64,000 bases of DNA, taken from assembly GCA_963662945.1 (NCBI GenBank), contig OY759974.1, forward strand, positions 384,001 to 448,000, read 5' to 3'. How positions within the stretch are numbered: the stretch's first letter is position 1; each line of letters begins with the position of its first letter. The translations under genes and the position numbers were made by a program. The notes beneath the pieces were generated by a model. That model had not been told where the DNA came from, did not search any database, and saw only the letters and a program-made list of their open reading frames with translations. Of the stretch, positions 20,555 to 31,327 are shown one piece after another. Origin of the DNA: Arcobacteraceae bacterium (GTDB lineage Bacteria; Campylobacterota; Campylobacteria; Campylobacterales; Arcobacteraceae).

Positions 20555-23500
20555 ATGTTTTCAAAGTTTTTTATCAATAGACCTATATTTGCAACAGTAA
20601 TATCAATTTTGATAATACTTGCAGGTATAATCTCTATAAATATACTTCCAGTTAAAGAGTATCCAGCTGTTACTCCACCTCAGATAAATGTACAAGCTAC
20701 TTATCCAGGAGCTGATGCAGCAACACTTTCCGCAACAGTAGCAACTACACTAGAAAATGCAATCAATGGTGTAGAAAATATGACATATATGACATCTACT
20801 GCGAGTCCAAGTGGTGTATTATCTGTTAGCATTATTTTTGAAGTTGGAACTGATGTAGCACAAGCAAAAGTTGATGTAAATAACCGTGTACAACTTGCAT
20901 TAAATAAATTACCTGCAGAGGTACAACGACAAGGGATTACAGTAAAAGAAAGATCACCAGATATGTTAAAGGTTCTTGCTTTTAGTTCAAAAAACAATGT
21001 ACATGATACAACATTTATCTCAAACTACCTTACAATCAATGTTATTGATGATTTAAAAAGAATTAAAGGCATTGGTGATGTTATGGTTTTTGGAGCAAAA
21101 GATTATGCTATAAGAATCTGGATTGATCCTGATAAATTAGCATTTTATAATCTTATTCCAAGTGATGTAAATGAATTAATTCAAAGTCAAAATAACCAAT
21201 ATGCAACTGGTACAGTTGGTGCTGAACCAATAAAGCAAGTAACACCATTTACTTATTCAATAGCAACAGAAGGTCGTTTAAAAAATGTTGAAGCGTTTGA
21301 AAATATTATTATCCGTTCAAATGCAGATGGCTCAACACTAAAATTAAAAGATATCGCACAAGTTAAACTTGGTTCTGATGCATTTAATACTTTAGGAAGA
21401 TACAATACAAATCCAATGATGCCTGTTGGTATATTTCTTACACCTGGTGCAAATGCTTTAGAGGTTTCAAAAGCTATAGATGATACTTTGGCAGAATTAA
21501 AAACAAAATTTCCTGAAGATTTAGAATATAAAGTACCTTATGATGCAACATTATTTGTAAATGAATCAATTAAAGAGGTTATTAAAACTTTGCTTGAAGC
21601 AATTGTATTTGTTACAATTCTTATTTATTTGTTTTTAGGAAATTTACGAGCTACAATTATACCTGTTCTTGCAATTCCTGTATCTGTTATAGGTACTTTT
21701 GCTGGACTTTATGCCGCAGGTTTTTCGATTAATTTACTTACTTTATTTGGTATGATTTTGGCTATTGGACTTGTTGTTGATGATGCTATTATCGTTATCG
21801 AAAATGTTGAAAGAATATTACGAACTAAAACTATTAGTGTAAAAGATGCCACAATAGAAGCAATGAAAGAACTTACTACACCTCTTGTAGCTATTATTCT
21901 TGTACTATCTGCTGTATTTATTCCTGCTGCTTTAAGTGGTGGATTTAGTGGGGTTATGTATAAACAATTTGCTATTACTATTGTTATAGCTGTTGTTATC
22001 TCTGGACTTGTGGCATTGACACTTACTCCTGCTTTATGTGCTATATTTTTAAAAGAGCACGAGGAAGAACCAATCTATCCTATTAAAAGATTTAACGATT
22101 TTTTTGATTGGCTTACAATAAAATTTTTAGGTATCACTAAACAAACTATCAAAAAATGGACTTTTTCTCTTTTATTATTTGCTGGTCTTTTAGTTTCTAC
22201 CTATGGTATTATGAAACATACTCCAACAGGACTTGTTCCTACTGAAGATAAAGGTGTATTAATGGTCCTTACATACCTTATGCCATCAACTTCACTTGGT
22301 GAATCATCAAAAATAACAAAAGATATAGAACAACAACTCTTAAAAAATCCAAATGTTATAGGAGTTGGGGCAATTACAGGTATTGATATTGTTACTTTTG
22401 CATATAAAACAGATGCAGCTTTAATGTTTGCAATGCTAAAACCTTGGGATGAAAGACCAGCTGCAAACCAAAGTTCTCAAGTTTTAGCAGGACAACTAAT
22501 GGGACAATTTATGCAAGGAAAAGATGCTTTTGTAATTCCAGTTAATCCACCTCCAATTAGAGGTATGAGTACAACTGGTGGATTTGAGATGTGGATTCAA
22601 GATAGAACAGGTGGAGAACTTGCTACTTTAAATCAATACACACAAGAGATTATAGGTAAGGCTGCTACTGATCCTAGACTTTCAGGAGTAAGAACTACAT
22701 TAAATACAAATGTACCACAATATTTATTGACAGTTGATAGACAAAAAGCAAAAGCAATAAATGTAACAATTGATTCAATTTTTGAGAATATTCAAAATAC
22801 TTTTGGAAAAGGATATATAAATGATTTTAACTTATATGGACGAACTTTCCATGTAAATATTCAATCTGAATCACAATATAGAGCAACCCAAGAGCAATTC
22901 AAAAACATATATGTACGATCTAGTGATGGAGTTCTTGTACCAGTAAGTGAACTTGTAAAACTAGAACGCAAAGTAAATGCAAGTGTAATAGAAAGATTTA
23001 ATATGTTCTCATCTGCAAAAGTTACTGGAAATCCTGGTGCTGGATATGCTTCAAGTGATGCAATCAATGCAATTGAAGAGATAGCTACAAGTGTTCTTCC
23101 AGATGGATATACAATCGCTTGGGCTGGAACATCATACCAAGAGAAAAAACTTTCAAATGAGGGAAGCTATACATCTTTATATGCAGCCATATTTGTATTT
23201 TTAATTCTTGCTGCATTGTATGAAAGCTGGAGTATCCCAATGGCAGTTATCATCTCTATCCCTTTTGCTATTTTTGGAGCTGCTGTTGCAGTATTTTTAA
23301 GAGGCTTAGAATCAGATATATATTTCCAAGTTGGACTTGTCACACTGGTTGGATTAAGTGCTAAAAATGCTATTTTAATAGTTGAGTTCGCAATGGATAA
23401 ACTAAGAAATGGTATGACATTGTTTGATGCGACTATTGAGGCTGCACGATTAAGATTTAGACCTATCGTTATGACTTCATTAGCATTTATTGTAGGAACA

Positions 23501-23677
23501 TTGCCACTTGCTTTAAGTAGTGGTGCTGGAAGTGCAAGTCGTCATATCATTGGTACAACTGTTGTTGGTGGTATGATTTCTGCTATGGTTATTGGAGTAT
23601 TATTTATCCCTCTATTCTTCTATCTTGTAGTAAGAGTAAAACAAAAATTCAGTAAATCAGAAGAGATAGGTAAATAA
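20555..23677 (+). CDS. HAE1 RND efflux permease (AcrB/CmeB-like)
   Basis: MFSKFFINRPIFA, GLVVDDAIIVIEN, KNAILIVEFA, RFRPIVMTS. Confidence 0.95.
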   Translation: MFSKFFINRPIFATVISILIILAGIISINILPVKEYPAVTPPQINVQATYPGADAATLSATVATTLENAINGVENMTYMTSTASPSGVLSVSIIFEVGTDVAQAKVDVNNRVQLALNKLPAEVQRQGITVKERSPDMLKVLAFSSKNNVHDTTFISNYLTINVIDDLKRIKGIGDVMVFGAKDYAIRIWIDPDKLAFYNLIPSDVNELIQSQNNQYATGTVGAEPIKQVTPFTYSIATEGRLKNVEAFENIIIRSNADGSTLKLKDIAQVKLGSDAFNTLGRYNTNPMMPVGIFLTPGANALEVSKAIDDTLAELKTKFPEDLEYKVPYDATLFVNESIKEVIKTLLEAIVFVTILIYLFLGNLRATIIPVLAIPVSVIGTFAGLYAAGFSINLLTLFGMILAIGLVVDDAIIVIENVERILRTKTISVKDATIEAMKELTTPLVAIILVLSAVFIPAALSGGFSGVMYKQFAITIVIAVVISGLVALTLTPALCAIFLKEHEEEPIYPIKRFNDFFDWLTIKFLGITKQTIKKWTFSLLLFAGLLVSTYGIMKHTPTGLVPTEDKGVLMVLTYLMPSTSLGESSKITKDIEQQLLKNPNVIGVGAITGIDIVTFAYKTDAALMFAMLKPWDERPAANQSSQVLAGQLMGQFMQGKDAFVIPVNPPPIRGMSTTGGFEMWIQDRTGGELATLNQYTQEIIGKAATDPRLSGVRTTLNTNVPQYLLTVDRQKAKAINVTIDSIFENIQNTFGKGYINDFNLYGRTFHVNIQSESQYRATQEQFKNIYVRSSDGVLVPVSELVKLERKVNASVIERFNMFSSAKVTGNPGAGYASSDAINAIEEIATSVLPDGYTIAWAGTSYQEKKLSNEGSYTSLYAAIFVFLILAALYESWSIPMAVIISIPFAIFGAAVAVFLRGLESDIYFQVGLVTLVGLSAKNAILIVEFAMDKLRNGMTLFDATIEAARLRFRPIVMTSLAFIVGTLPLALSSGAGSASRHIIGTTVVGGMISAMVIGVLFIPLFFYLVVRVKQKFSKSEEIGK

Positions 23678-23701
23678 CACTACCTCAAAAGAGGTGATTA
23701 T

Positions 23702-24817
23702 ATGAATAATTTATTTTTGAATTATGAGAATGAAAAACTCACCCTTGTTTTCAAGGGTGAATTTATCTTATATAGTATTTCAAAATATCAAAACTTGATT
23801 GATACTATTGATTTTTCAAAATTTACAACAATCACTATAGACTTATCAGAACTTACTTTTATAGATACAGCCTCAGCTATCTATATCACAAACTTATATG
23901 ATAAATACTTATCAAACAAAACAACTGTAATTATAAATACACCAAATCAAAATATACGTAATACATTAGACCTTGTGCAAACAAAAAAAACACCCAATAC
24001 GCTCTTTCTATATACAAAACAAAACAACATCATAAAGTATATAGGAGAAATGGCATCTAAATATTATTATGCTTTCATACAATTTTTAGCTTTTTTAGGA
24101 GAGATGTTTGTTCATTTTCTTTATTTATTAAAATCACCAAAAAGTATAAGATATAAAGAAATTTTATTTGAAATGAATGAAAGTGCTATTAAAGCTTTTT
24201 TTATAATTGCATTAAGCAGCTTTCTCATAGGAATTGTTGTAGCGTATCAATCTGCCAACCAATTAAGCTTATATGGGGCAAATATATTTATCGTTGATAT
24301 GATAGGACTTTCTATGCTGAGAGAATTGTCACCTATTATTACAGCTGTCATCATCGCTGGACGAAGTGGTTCTTCATATACTGCCCAAATTGGTGCTATG
24401 AAAATTACACAAGAATTAGATGCTATGAAAACTATGGGATTTGATCCTTATAGATTTCTAGTTTTACCTCGTGTACTTGCATTGATTATAATGATGCCTA
24501 TTTTAATTTTTATCTCAGATGTCATGGCTGTTTTTGGTGGGATGTTAATCGCAAATATAGATTTGGGACTTAGTTATAATTTATTTTTAGATAGGTTTAG
24601 TAATGTTATTGAGTTGAGACATTTTTTAGTTGGTATTATCAAGGGACCTTTTTTTGCAATAATTATTGCTTCTATATCTATCTATAGAGGGTTAATGGTA
24701 AAAGATGATACTCAAAGTATAGGTTATAATACTACAAAAAGTGTTGTTGAATCAATATTTGCCGTTATTATTTGTGATGCCATTTTTTCTATCATATTTA
24801 CAAATTTGGGTATTTAA
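23702..24817 (+). CDS. MlaE-family ABC permease with N-terminal STAS (MlaB-like) domain
   Basis: DLSELTFIDTAS (STAS), RELSP...AGRSGSSYTAQIGAMKITQELDAM. Confidence 0.9.
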   Translation: MNNLFLNYENEKLTLVFKGEFILYSISKYQNLIDTIDFSKFTTITIDLSELTFIDTASAIYITNLYDKYLSNKTTVIINTPNQNIRNTLDLVQTKKTPNTLFLYTKQNNIIKYIGEMASKYYYAFIQFLAFLGEMFVHFLYLLKSPKSIRYKEILFEMNESAIKAFFIIALSSFLIGIVVAYQSANQLSLYGANIFIVDMIGLSMLRELSPIITAVIIAGRSGSSYTAQIGAMKITQELDAMKTMGFDPYRFLVLPRVLALIIMMPILIFISDVMAVFGGMLIANIDLGLSYNLFLDRFSNVIELRHFLVGIIKGPFFAIIIASISIYRGLMVKDDTQSIGYNTTKSVVESIFAVIICDAIFSIIFTNLGI

Positions 24818-25557
24818 TGAAAACTATAATAGAAGTAAAAGAACTCAAAACAATTTTTGGAGACAATATTGTCCATAATGGCTTGAATTTAAGTATCAAT
24901 GATGGTGAAATATATGGACTTTTAGGTCCTAGTGGTTGTGGAAAGACTACATTACTTAGAGAAATTGTTATGCTTGAAAAAATACATAGTGGAACTATTA
25001 ATATTTTAGGAAAAAATCTAGCAAATATTAATCCCCAAGAGGCTCAAAACTTAAGACAACAATGGGGAGTTTTATTTCAATTTGGTGCATTATTCTCTTC
25101 TTTGACACTTGCACAAAATATTGCTTTACCTTTACAAGAATATACAGATTTAAATGAAAAAATGATAAAAGAAATTGTAGCTTTTAAGATTCATATCGTA
25201 GGACTTAAACTCTCAGACGCTTCACTTTATCCATCACAAATAAGTGGTGGAATGAAAAAGAAGGCAGCTCTTGCTCGTGCTTTAGCTCTTGATCCAAAAC
25301 TTTTATTTTTAGATGAACCAACAAGTGGCTTAGACCCTATTTCAGCTAGAGAGTTTGATAAACTTATTGTGAATTTAAGAGATTTATTAAAACTCACTAT
25401 AGTAATGGTTTCCCATGATTTAAAATCAATTCATAACACTATGGATAGATTTGCAGTTATTGACGATAAAAAAATTGTTTATGAGGGTGCTTTAGATAAT
25501 ATAAGTTCAATAAACAGTGAATTTATCAATACATTTTTTTTTGGAGGTGATATATAG
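24817..25557 (+). CDS. MlaF-like ABC ATPase
   Basis: GPSGCGKT, LFQFGALF, ISGGMKKKAALARALALDP, DEPTSGLDP. Confidence 0.92.
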   Translation: MKTIIEVKELKTIFGDNIVHNGLNLSINDGEIYGLLGPSGCGKTTLLREIVMLEKIHSGTINILGKNLANINPQEAQNLRQQWGVLFQFGALFSSLTLAQNIALPLQEYTDLNEKMIKEIVAFKIHIVGLKLSDASLYPSQISGGMKKKAALARALALDPKLLFLDEPTSGLDPISAREFDKLIVNLRDLLKLTIVMVSHDLKSIHNTMDRFAVIDDKKIVYEGALDNISSINSEFINTFFFGGDI

Positions 25558-25558
25558 T

Positions 25559-26517
25559 ATGAATAATAGAGTCAATTATACTTTTGTTGGATTGTTAGTA
25601 ATTATTGGATTTACCATGATAATGATTTTTTCTTATTGGTTATTGAAACCTGAACAAGAAAAAGAAACAAAAAAATACCTTATTCGTTTTGATGAATCAG
25701 TTTTAGGTTTAAATGTTGATTCCGTTGTGAAGTATAGAGGTATTGATGTAGGAAAAGTAAGTAGCATTAAAATCAGTCCAAAAAATACAGAACAAGTTGA
25801 AGTTCTTATTACTATTTTAAAAACTACACCAATCAAAGAAAAAACTGTAGCAAAATTAACTTCTCAAGGGATAACAGGATTAAGTTATATTAATCTTAAC
25901 CTAGGAGATAATAACGCACCATTTTTAAAAGTTCAAGATGGGGAACAATATCCAGTAATTAAAACTACCCCTTCTTTATTTGAAAATATTGAGAAATCAA
26001 TGGATAGTGTTTCAGATAAAATTTCAAAAGTCTTATCAAACATAGAAAAGTACTTAATGAAGGAAATCAAGAACAATTTGCACTTCTGTTAAAACAAACT
26101 GCTGATTTTATGAATAAAATGGATCAAATGATTGATAAAAAAAGTATCAATCATTTTCATAATATTTTAGAAAACTCAAATAATATAACATATAAAATTG
26201 ATAACTTTATACCAAAACTCGAAACTTTAGTGACAAATACTACTGATTTTGAAAACAATTTAACACAAGATATAAATTCTATTACAAAGAGTTATTTATC
26301 AGTTAGAGCTGCAATGAATGAAATTGAAAAAGCAATGGCAAGTGGTGATTTTAATTTCAAAGATATGACAAAAGATACTATTCCACACCTTAATAATACA
26401 CTTATAGAAATGGAATCACTTATGCTACAACTTAAAGAATCCTTGAAAAGTTATAATAGAAGTCCAGCTGATATTATTTTTAAAACAGAAGAGATTAAAA
26501 AAGGTCCAGGAGAGTAA
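25559..26517 (+). pseudogene. MlaD/MCE-family protein, frameshifted at ~26046-26049 (real lesion or sequencing error)
   Basis: MCE domain (SVLGLNVDSVVKYRGIDVGKV, QGITG). Adding one A to GAAAAG fuses the two track ORFs into ...IEKVLNEGNQEQFALLLKQTADFMNKM..., 319 aa. Confidence 0.8.
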
Positions 26518-26520
26518 AGT

Positions 26521-27117
26521 ATGCTAAAAAATATAAGTTTATTTATTGTTATGATAGTTTTTATTGGATGTAGTATCAAACAACCTTATACTACAGAGTA
26601 TAAAATGGAAATAAAAGAATTTCCAAAGAATCAAATTGTAAAAAATTGTAATAAAAAAAGTATAAAAATCATTCAAGCTTTTAGTGATGATACTCTTATG
26701 AGTACTAATATGAATTATGTTTTAGGGAAATATAAAGAATACTCTTTTACTCAATCTCAATGGAGTATTCCAGTAAATCAAATGGTTACATTACATTTAA
26801 CTAATATGTTAAATCAATTAAATATTTTTAAAAGTGTACAAAACTATAAGTCAATCACAACCGATGACTATATACTTCAAAGTAATATAATAGATTTTAA
26901 ACAATATTTTAGTGAAGATTCTAAGTCATCTTATGTAAAAGTCATAATCAATATCTCTTTAATAGATTATAATTCAAATACAACTATCCAGTCCAAAACA
27001 TTTTCATCTACTATAAAGACAGATACATTAGATGCTTATGGTGGAGTAAAAGCTTTAAATAAAGCATTTTCAAATGTGTTAGAAGATATTGCTAAATGGA
27101 TTGTGATTAGTTGTTAA
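26521..27117 (+). CDS. ABC-transport auxiliary lipoprotein (PqiC-like)
   Basis: Lipobox FIGC, SQW..P motif, last gene of the MCE operon. Confidence 0.8.
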   Translation: MLKNISLFIVMIVFIGCSIKQPYTTEYKMEIKEFPKNQIVKNCNKKSIKIIQAFSDDTLMSTNMNYVLGKYKEYSFTQSQWSIPVNQMVTLHLTNMLNQLNIFKSVQNYKSITTDDYILQSNIIDFKQYFSEDSKSSYVKVIINISLIDYNSNTTIQSKTFSSTIKTDTLDAYGGVKALNKAFSNVLEDIAKWIVISC

Positions 27118-27139
27118 ACACTTCATTTAGCACGTAGTA

Positions 27140-27370
27140 TTATTTCTTTTTATTCTTTTTCTTTGCAGCTTTTGCCAGTTTTGCATTTTTCTTTTTCTTT
27201 GCTTTTTGAGCTTCTAAATTCACACCTTTTCTCGCATTCACTATTTGTTCTTTCTTATCAGCTGCATCTGGTGCAAAGCCTGCCTTTAAATTATTTTTAA
27301 AAACGTTCATTTTTTGTGCTATTCTATCACCTTTTGTTGTATCAACACTTGATGTGTTTGCTCTTCCCAT
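27140..27370 (-). CDS. Small very basic hypothetical protein (76 aa)
   Basis: AAGGTG RBS, upstream TATACT, Lys/Ala-rich C-terminus. Confidence 0.7.
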   Translation of the reverse strand: MGRANTSSVDTTKGDRIAQKMNVFKNNLKAGFAPDAADKKEQIVNARKGVNLEAQKAKKKKNAKLAKAAKKKNKKK

Positions 27371-27437
27371 TATTCACCTTATTGTTTTAGTGATGACAGT
27401 ATAGTAAATTTTCAATTGTGATATGGTTAAATCCTTT

Positions 27438-28067
27438 TTAATCCATTTTAACAATAATATCTTGTAAAGTATTTGCTGCTGTATGAATTTTTTGTGCAAT
27501 ACTTTTTAGTTGAGAAAGTATCTCTTTATATTTAAACATTATTTGAGGATTTTTTTCACTTGATAGTTTTACCATTTGTTGAATATATTCTTCACTAATT
27601 TCATCGGTAAGTTGTCGTACTCTTTGGGATAATCTTGATAATTCTGCATGATTATCATTATCTAAGGCTTCAAAACCACTTTTTAATTTTTTACTTGCTT
27701 TATATATAAGGTGAAATATCTCTTTATATTCTACCAACTCATGAATTTTATATGCTTTCGTTTCTGATACAAAATGCTTGACAGATATACTTATCTCATC
27801 TAATTGTGTAATAGCTCGATAAATAGATTCTCTATCAATAGGTGTAATAAAGGCATTTAAAAGTTGATTCATATTTTTTTCTTTTAATAGCTCTGTTTGA
27901 TGCTGATCTTCTCTAATTGATTCACAACCATCTTCATTTTCTTTAATAAAACAAGCATATAAATCTTCTATCATTTTATGTGTAGCATTTGATTGCTCTT
28001 GAAGCATATCAACAATATTTATTTCATGAGGAACAATATATTTTTTAAATAATGATTTTATATTCAT
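27438..28067 (-). CDS. DUF47 / PhoU-like phosphate transport regulator
   Basis: AFITPIDRESIY motif; downstream of a PiT gene. Confidence 0.85.
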   Translation of the reverse strand: MNIKSLFKKYIVPHEINIVDMLQEQSNATHKMIEDLYACFIKENEDGCESIREDQHQTELLKEKNMNQLLNAFITPIDRESIYRAITQLDEISISVKHFVSETKAYKIHELVEYKEIFHLIYKASKKLKSGFEALDNDNHAELSRLSQRVRQLTDEISEEYIQQMVKLSSEKNPQIMFKYKEILSQLKSIAQKIHTAANTLQDIIVKMD

Positions 28068-28079
28068 CGTTTCTAACCT

Positions 28080-29114
28080 TTAATTTAATATCAGTAAAAA
28101 TACCATACAGTATAATGCTCCAACTAACATAGATACTGGTATATTTACAAACCAACCGCCGATAATGGAAGTAGCAACTTTCCACTTCACATGTCTTGGC
28201 TTCTCCCCTGCTCCAACTCCTATTAGAGTTGCCGTTACCACTTGAGTTGTTGAAGTTGGAGCTCCAATAGAAGTAGCAATAGTATTTATTAAAGCTGAAC
28301 CAATTTGATTTGTAAATGAATGTAATAATTTTACTCTAATTATACCAAACCCTAAAGTCTTAATAATACTCCATCCACCAAATAATGTTCCAAAAGAAAT
28401 AGCACTTGTACAAAGAATGATAACCCAAATAGGAACTGTAAATTCTGATGTGTATCCACTAGCTAATAATACCATAGCAATAATTCCCATCCCTTTTTGT
28501 GCATCATTGGCTCCATGTGAAAAACCAAGCCAAGAGATACTTAAATATTGACTAAAAATAAATATTTTTCTACTTTGAAATGTCAATCTACTAAATAGTT
28601 TCATAAAACACTTCATCAAAAAAAATCCAACTATGAAACCTGCAAAAGGGGAAAACAATAATCCAACTATAATTTTCATAACACCTTCTAAGTGTCCACT
28701 AAAAAGTGCTGTCACTCCCCAATGTACCGAACTATCTCCCAAAGCATATAAAGAAGCCCCAACAAGACCTCCCACTAATGAGTTTGATGAAGAAGATGGT
28801 AAACCTAGTTTCCAAGTAATAAGATTATAAGTTATGGCTGCTAGAATACCTGATATCACAATACTTTGAGCAACTACTATACTCACACCTTCTATATCTA
28901 TAAATGTTCCAATTGTGTCAGCAACTGCTAGTCCTGCTATAAATGGTGCAATAAAAGTAAATGTAGTAACTATTACAATAGCAACTGTTGGCGTCATAGC
29001 CCTTGATGCAATAGCAGTTGCTACCATATCTGCAGCATCATGAAAACCGTTTGTAAAATCAAAAACAGCCACTGCTAATATTGTAATAATTGCTAAAATT
29101 AAAATTAAATCCAT
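28080..29114 (-). CDS. PiT-family inorganic phosphate transporter
   Basis: NGFHDAA, GLPSSSS, HGANDAQK, PTSTTQ signatures. Confidence 0.92.
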   Translation of the reverse strand: MDLILILAIITILAVAVFDFTNGFHDAADMVATAIASRAMTPTVAIVIVTTFTFIAPFIAGLAVADTIGTFIDIEGVSIVVAQSIVISGILAAITYNLITWKLGLPSSSSNSLVGGLVGASLYALGDSSVHWGVTALFSGHLEGVMKIIVGLLFSPFAGFIVGFFLMKCFMKLFSRLTFQSRKIFIFSQYLSISWLGFSHGANDAQKGMGIIAMVLLASGYTSEFTVPIWVIILCTSAISFGTLFGGWSIIKTLGFGIIRVKLLHSFTNQIGSALINTIATSIGAPTSTTQVVTATLIGVGAGEKPRHVKWKVATSIIGGWFVNIPVSMLVGALYCMVFLLILN

Positions 29115-29120
29115 ATTGTA

Positions 29121-30209
29121 TTATCCAATTTTTTTCCTGAACATCCAAGATGCAAATAGTAGTGAAACAAAACCCAATAAAAACATTGGAGTTACAAGTC
29201 CAATCGCAGTATCTAAAGAAATATCTTTTAGAAATACACCTTTTAAAAGTATTAAAAAATATTTTAATGAAACAAAGTCAGTTAGCGGAATAAGCCAAGA
29301 TGGCATATTTTCTACGGGTGTTGCAAAACCAGACATTAAAATATATGGCACCATTAAAACAAAAGCTCCCAATATCCCTTGTTGTTGCGTTAAGGAGATA
29401 GAAGAGATAAATAATCCTAATCCAACTATAGAAAATAAAAATGCAAACAATCCTAAATACAATATAGCAAAACTTCCTACAAAAGGTATACCAAAAAAAG
29501 CGGTCGCTATCAATAAAATTACACTTGCTTCAATAATACTTATAATCAATGGTGCTATAGTTTTTCCTAAAATCAAAATAGTAGGAGAAAGAGGAGATAC
29601 AAGTATTTGGTCAAATGTACCCATCTCTCGTTCCCTTGCAACAGAGAGAGAAGTTAGAAGTAATGCTATTATCATAGAGAGACTTCCCATAAGATTTGGT
29701 AATATCCACCAAAAATTATCTAAATTTGGATTATACCAATTACGAGCTATAAGAGGTTGTTGTACAACTTTTTGTTCTATATTTAGTTTAGAGATTGCAT
29801 TTTCGATATATCCTTGTGCAATTTGTGCTGTGCTTGATTTTCTTCCATCTGCTATAATTTGGATAAAAACTTGTTCTTTATTTTGTATTTTTTGTGCAAA
29901 GTTTTGAGGTATATACAAAGTTGCTAAAACTTTTTGTTTATCTATAAATTCAGTTAATTCTTTTTCACTTTGAAGTCTATAAATATTTGTGAAAGTTTTA
30001 CTATAAGAGATATTTCGTATAAGTTCTTGACTATAGTTACTATTGTCTCTATCTAGAACTGCTAAATTGATGTTTTTTACCTCTAACGTTACAGCAAAAG
30101 AAAAAAGTAAAAGTTGTATTAGCGGTGGTACTATAATAATAGTTCTTGATTTTTTATCACTCCAAATTGCTAAAAGTTCTTTTTTTATAAGTGCAAGCAG
30201 TTGATACAT
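29121..30209 (-). CDS. ABC-2 permease, YbhR-like
   Basis: SVAREREMGTFDQILVSP, SGFATPVENMP. Confidence 0.9.
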   Translation of the reverse strand: MYQLLALIKKELLAIWSDKKSRTIIIVPPLIQLLLFSFAVTLEVKNINLAVLDRDNSNYSQELIRNISYSKTFTNIYRLQSEKELTEFIDKQKVLATLYIPQNFAQKIQNKEQVFIQIIADGRKSSTAQIAQGYIENAISKLNIEQKVVQQPLIARNWYNPNLDNFWWILPNLMGSLSMIIALLLTSLSVAREREMGTFDQILVSPLSPTILILGKTIAPLIISIIEASVILLIATAFFGIPFVGSFAILYLGLFAFLFSIVGLGLFISSISLTQQQGILGAFVLMVPYILMSGFATPVENMPSWLIPLTDFVSLKYFLILLKGVFLKDISLDTAIGLVTPMFLLGFVSLLFASWMFRKKIG

Positions 30210-31327
30210 TAATCTAATCTCTTTCTTGTAATTTTAAATATGATGAAAAAAACAATTGAACCTAAAAGTATCATATACAATAGATTTGGAACAATAACTT
30301 CATATATATTTCCTGTTAAAAAAAGTGTTTGTAAAATAGAAATAAAATATTTTGCAGGTATTATATGTGTAATATATTGTAACCACCAAGGCATACTGCT
30401 AATTTGAAAAATAAATCCTGATAAAAGCATCGCAGGTAAAAATCCAGTAATCAGTGCTGCTTGTGCTGCAACAAATTGATTTTTAGCCAATGTTGATATT
30501 AAAAGTCCAATATTCAGTGCCGTAATCAAATAAAAAGATGAAGTTATTCCTAAAAGCCAAAAAGAACCTCTAAATGGTATTTGAAACCACAATAAAGTAA
30601 TCAAAACACAAATCATCATAGATACCATTCCCAAAATAAAATAAGGCAATACTTTTCCTAAAAGAAGCTCAATAATTGTAATTGGTGTTGACATAAGTGC
30701 TTCCATTGTTCCTCGTTCCCACTCTCTTGCAACAACTAAAGCTGTTAAAAGTGTCCCTATAAGAGTTAAAATAATGGCAATAGACCCTGGCAATAAAAAG
30801 TAGCTACTGAGTAATGGAGAATTAAACCAATAGCGTGTTTGAATATCAATTGTAGAAACAGTTTGTAATTTATCTAAACCTTCTTGCCCTAACCAATTTT
30901 TCCAAACACCCATACTGTATTTTTGAATAAATCCTGCAATATTTGGCTCACTTCCATCTGCAAGTATTTGAATTTGAACACTATTTTTCACCAAATCTTT
31001 TTCAAATGTTGAGGGGATAACAACGATAGCTCTTATTTTTCCTTGTTGAATTTCTTGTATAAATTTATGTTTGTTTGTATCAAGTTGTACATCAAAACTT
31101 TCAGACATTCTAAATGAGTTTACTAAACTTTGTGTGTGTTGTGAAGATTTTTCTACCACAATACCTATAGGAATATTTTTTGAATCTAAAGAGATAGCAT
31201 ATCCCATTAAAAAAAGTAAAATAAGTGGTAAAATAACAGCTATTAAAAGTGAACTAGGATCTCTAATAATTTGTAAACTTTCTTTTAGAAATAGTGCTTT
31301 TAATCGTCTTGTACTATTCATTGTCAC
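30209..31327 (-). CDS. ABC-2 permease, YbhS-like
   Basis: KESLQIIRDPSS, AREWERGTMEAL. Confidence 0.9.
   Translation of the reverse strand: MTMNSTRRLKALFLKESLQIIRDPSSLLIAVILPLILLFLMGYAISLDSKNIPIGIVVEKSSQHTQSLVNSFRMSESFDVQLDTNKHKFIQEIQQGKIRAIVVIPSTFEKDLVKNSVQIQILADGSEPNIAGFIQKYSMGVWKNWLGQEGLDKLQTVSTIDIQTRYWFNSPLLSSYFLLPGSIAIILTLIGTLLTALVVAREWERGTMEALMSTPITIIELLLGKVLPYFILGMVSMMICVLITLLWFQIPFRGSFWLLGITSSFYLITALNIGLLISTLAKNQFVAAQAALITGFLPAMLLSGFIFQISSMPWWLQYITHIIPAKYFISILQTLFLTGNIYEVIVPNLLYMILLGSIVFFIIFKITRKRLD

Noticed and set aside
29116-29907. 263-aa plus-strand ORF
   Set aside because: Lies antisense to the well-supported YbhR-like permease. Membrane-protein genes often leave an open opposite frame; TTG start, no RBS, no motifs.
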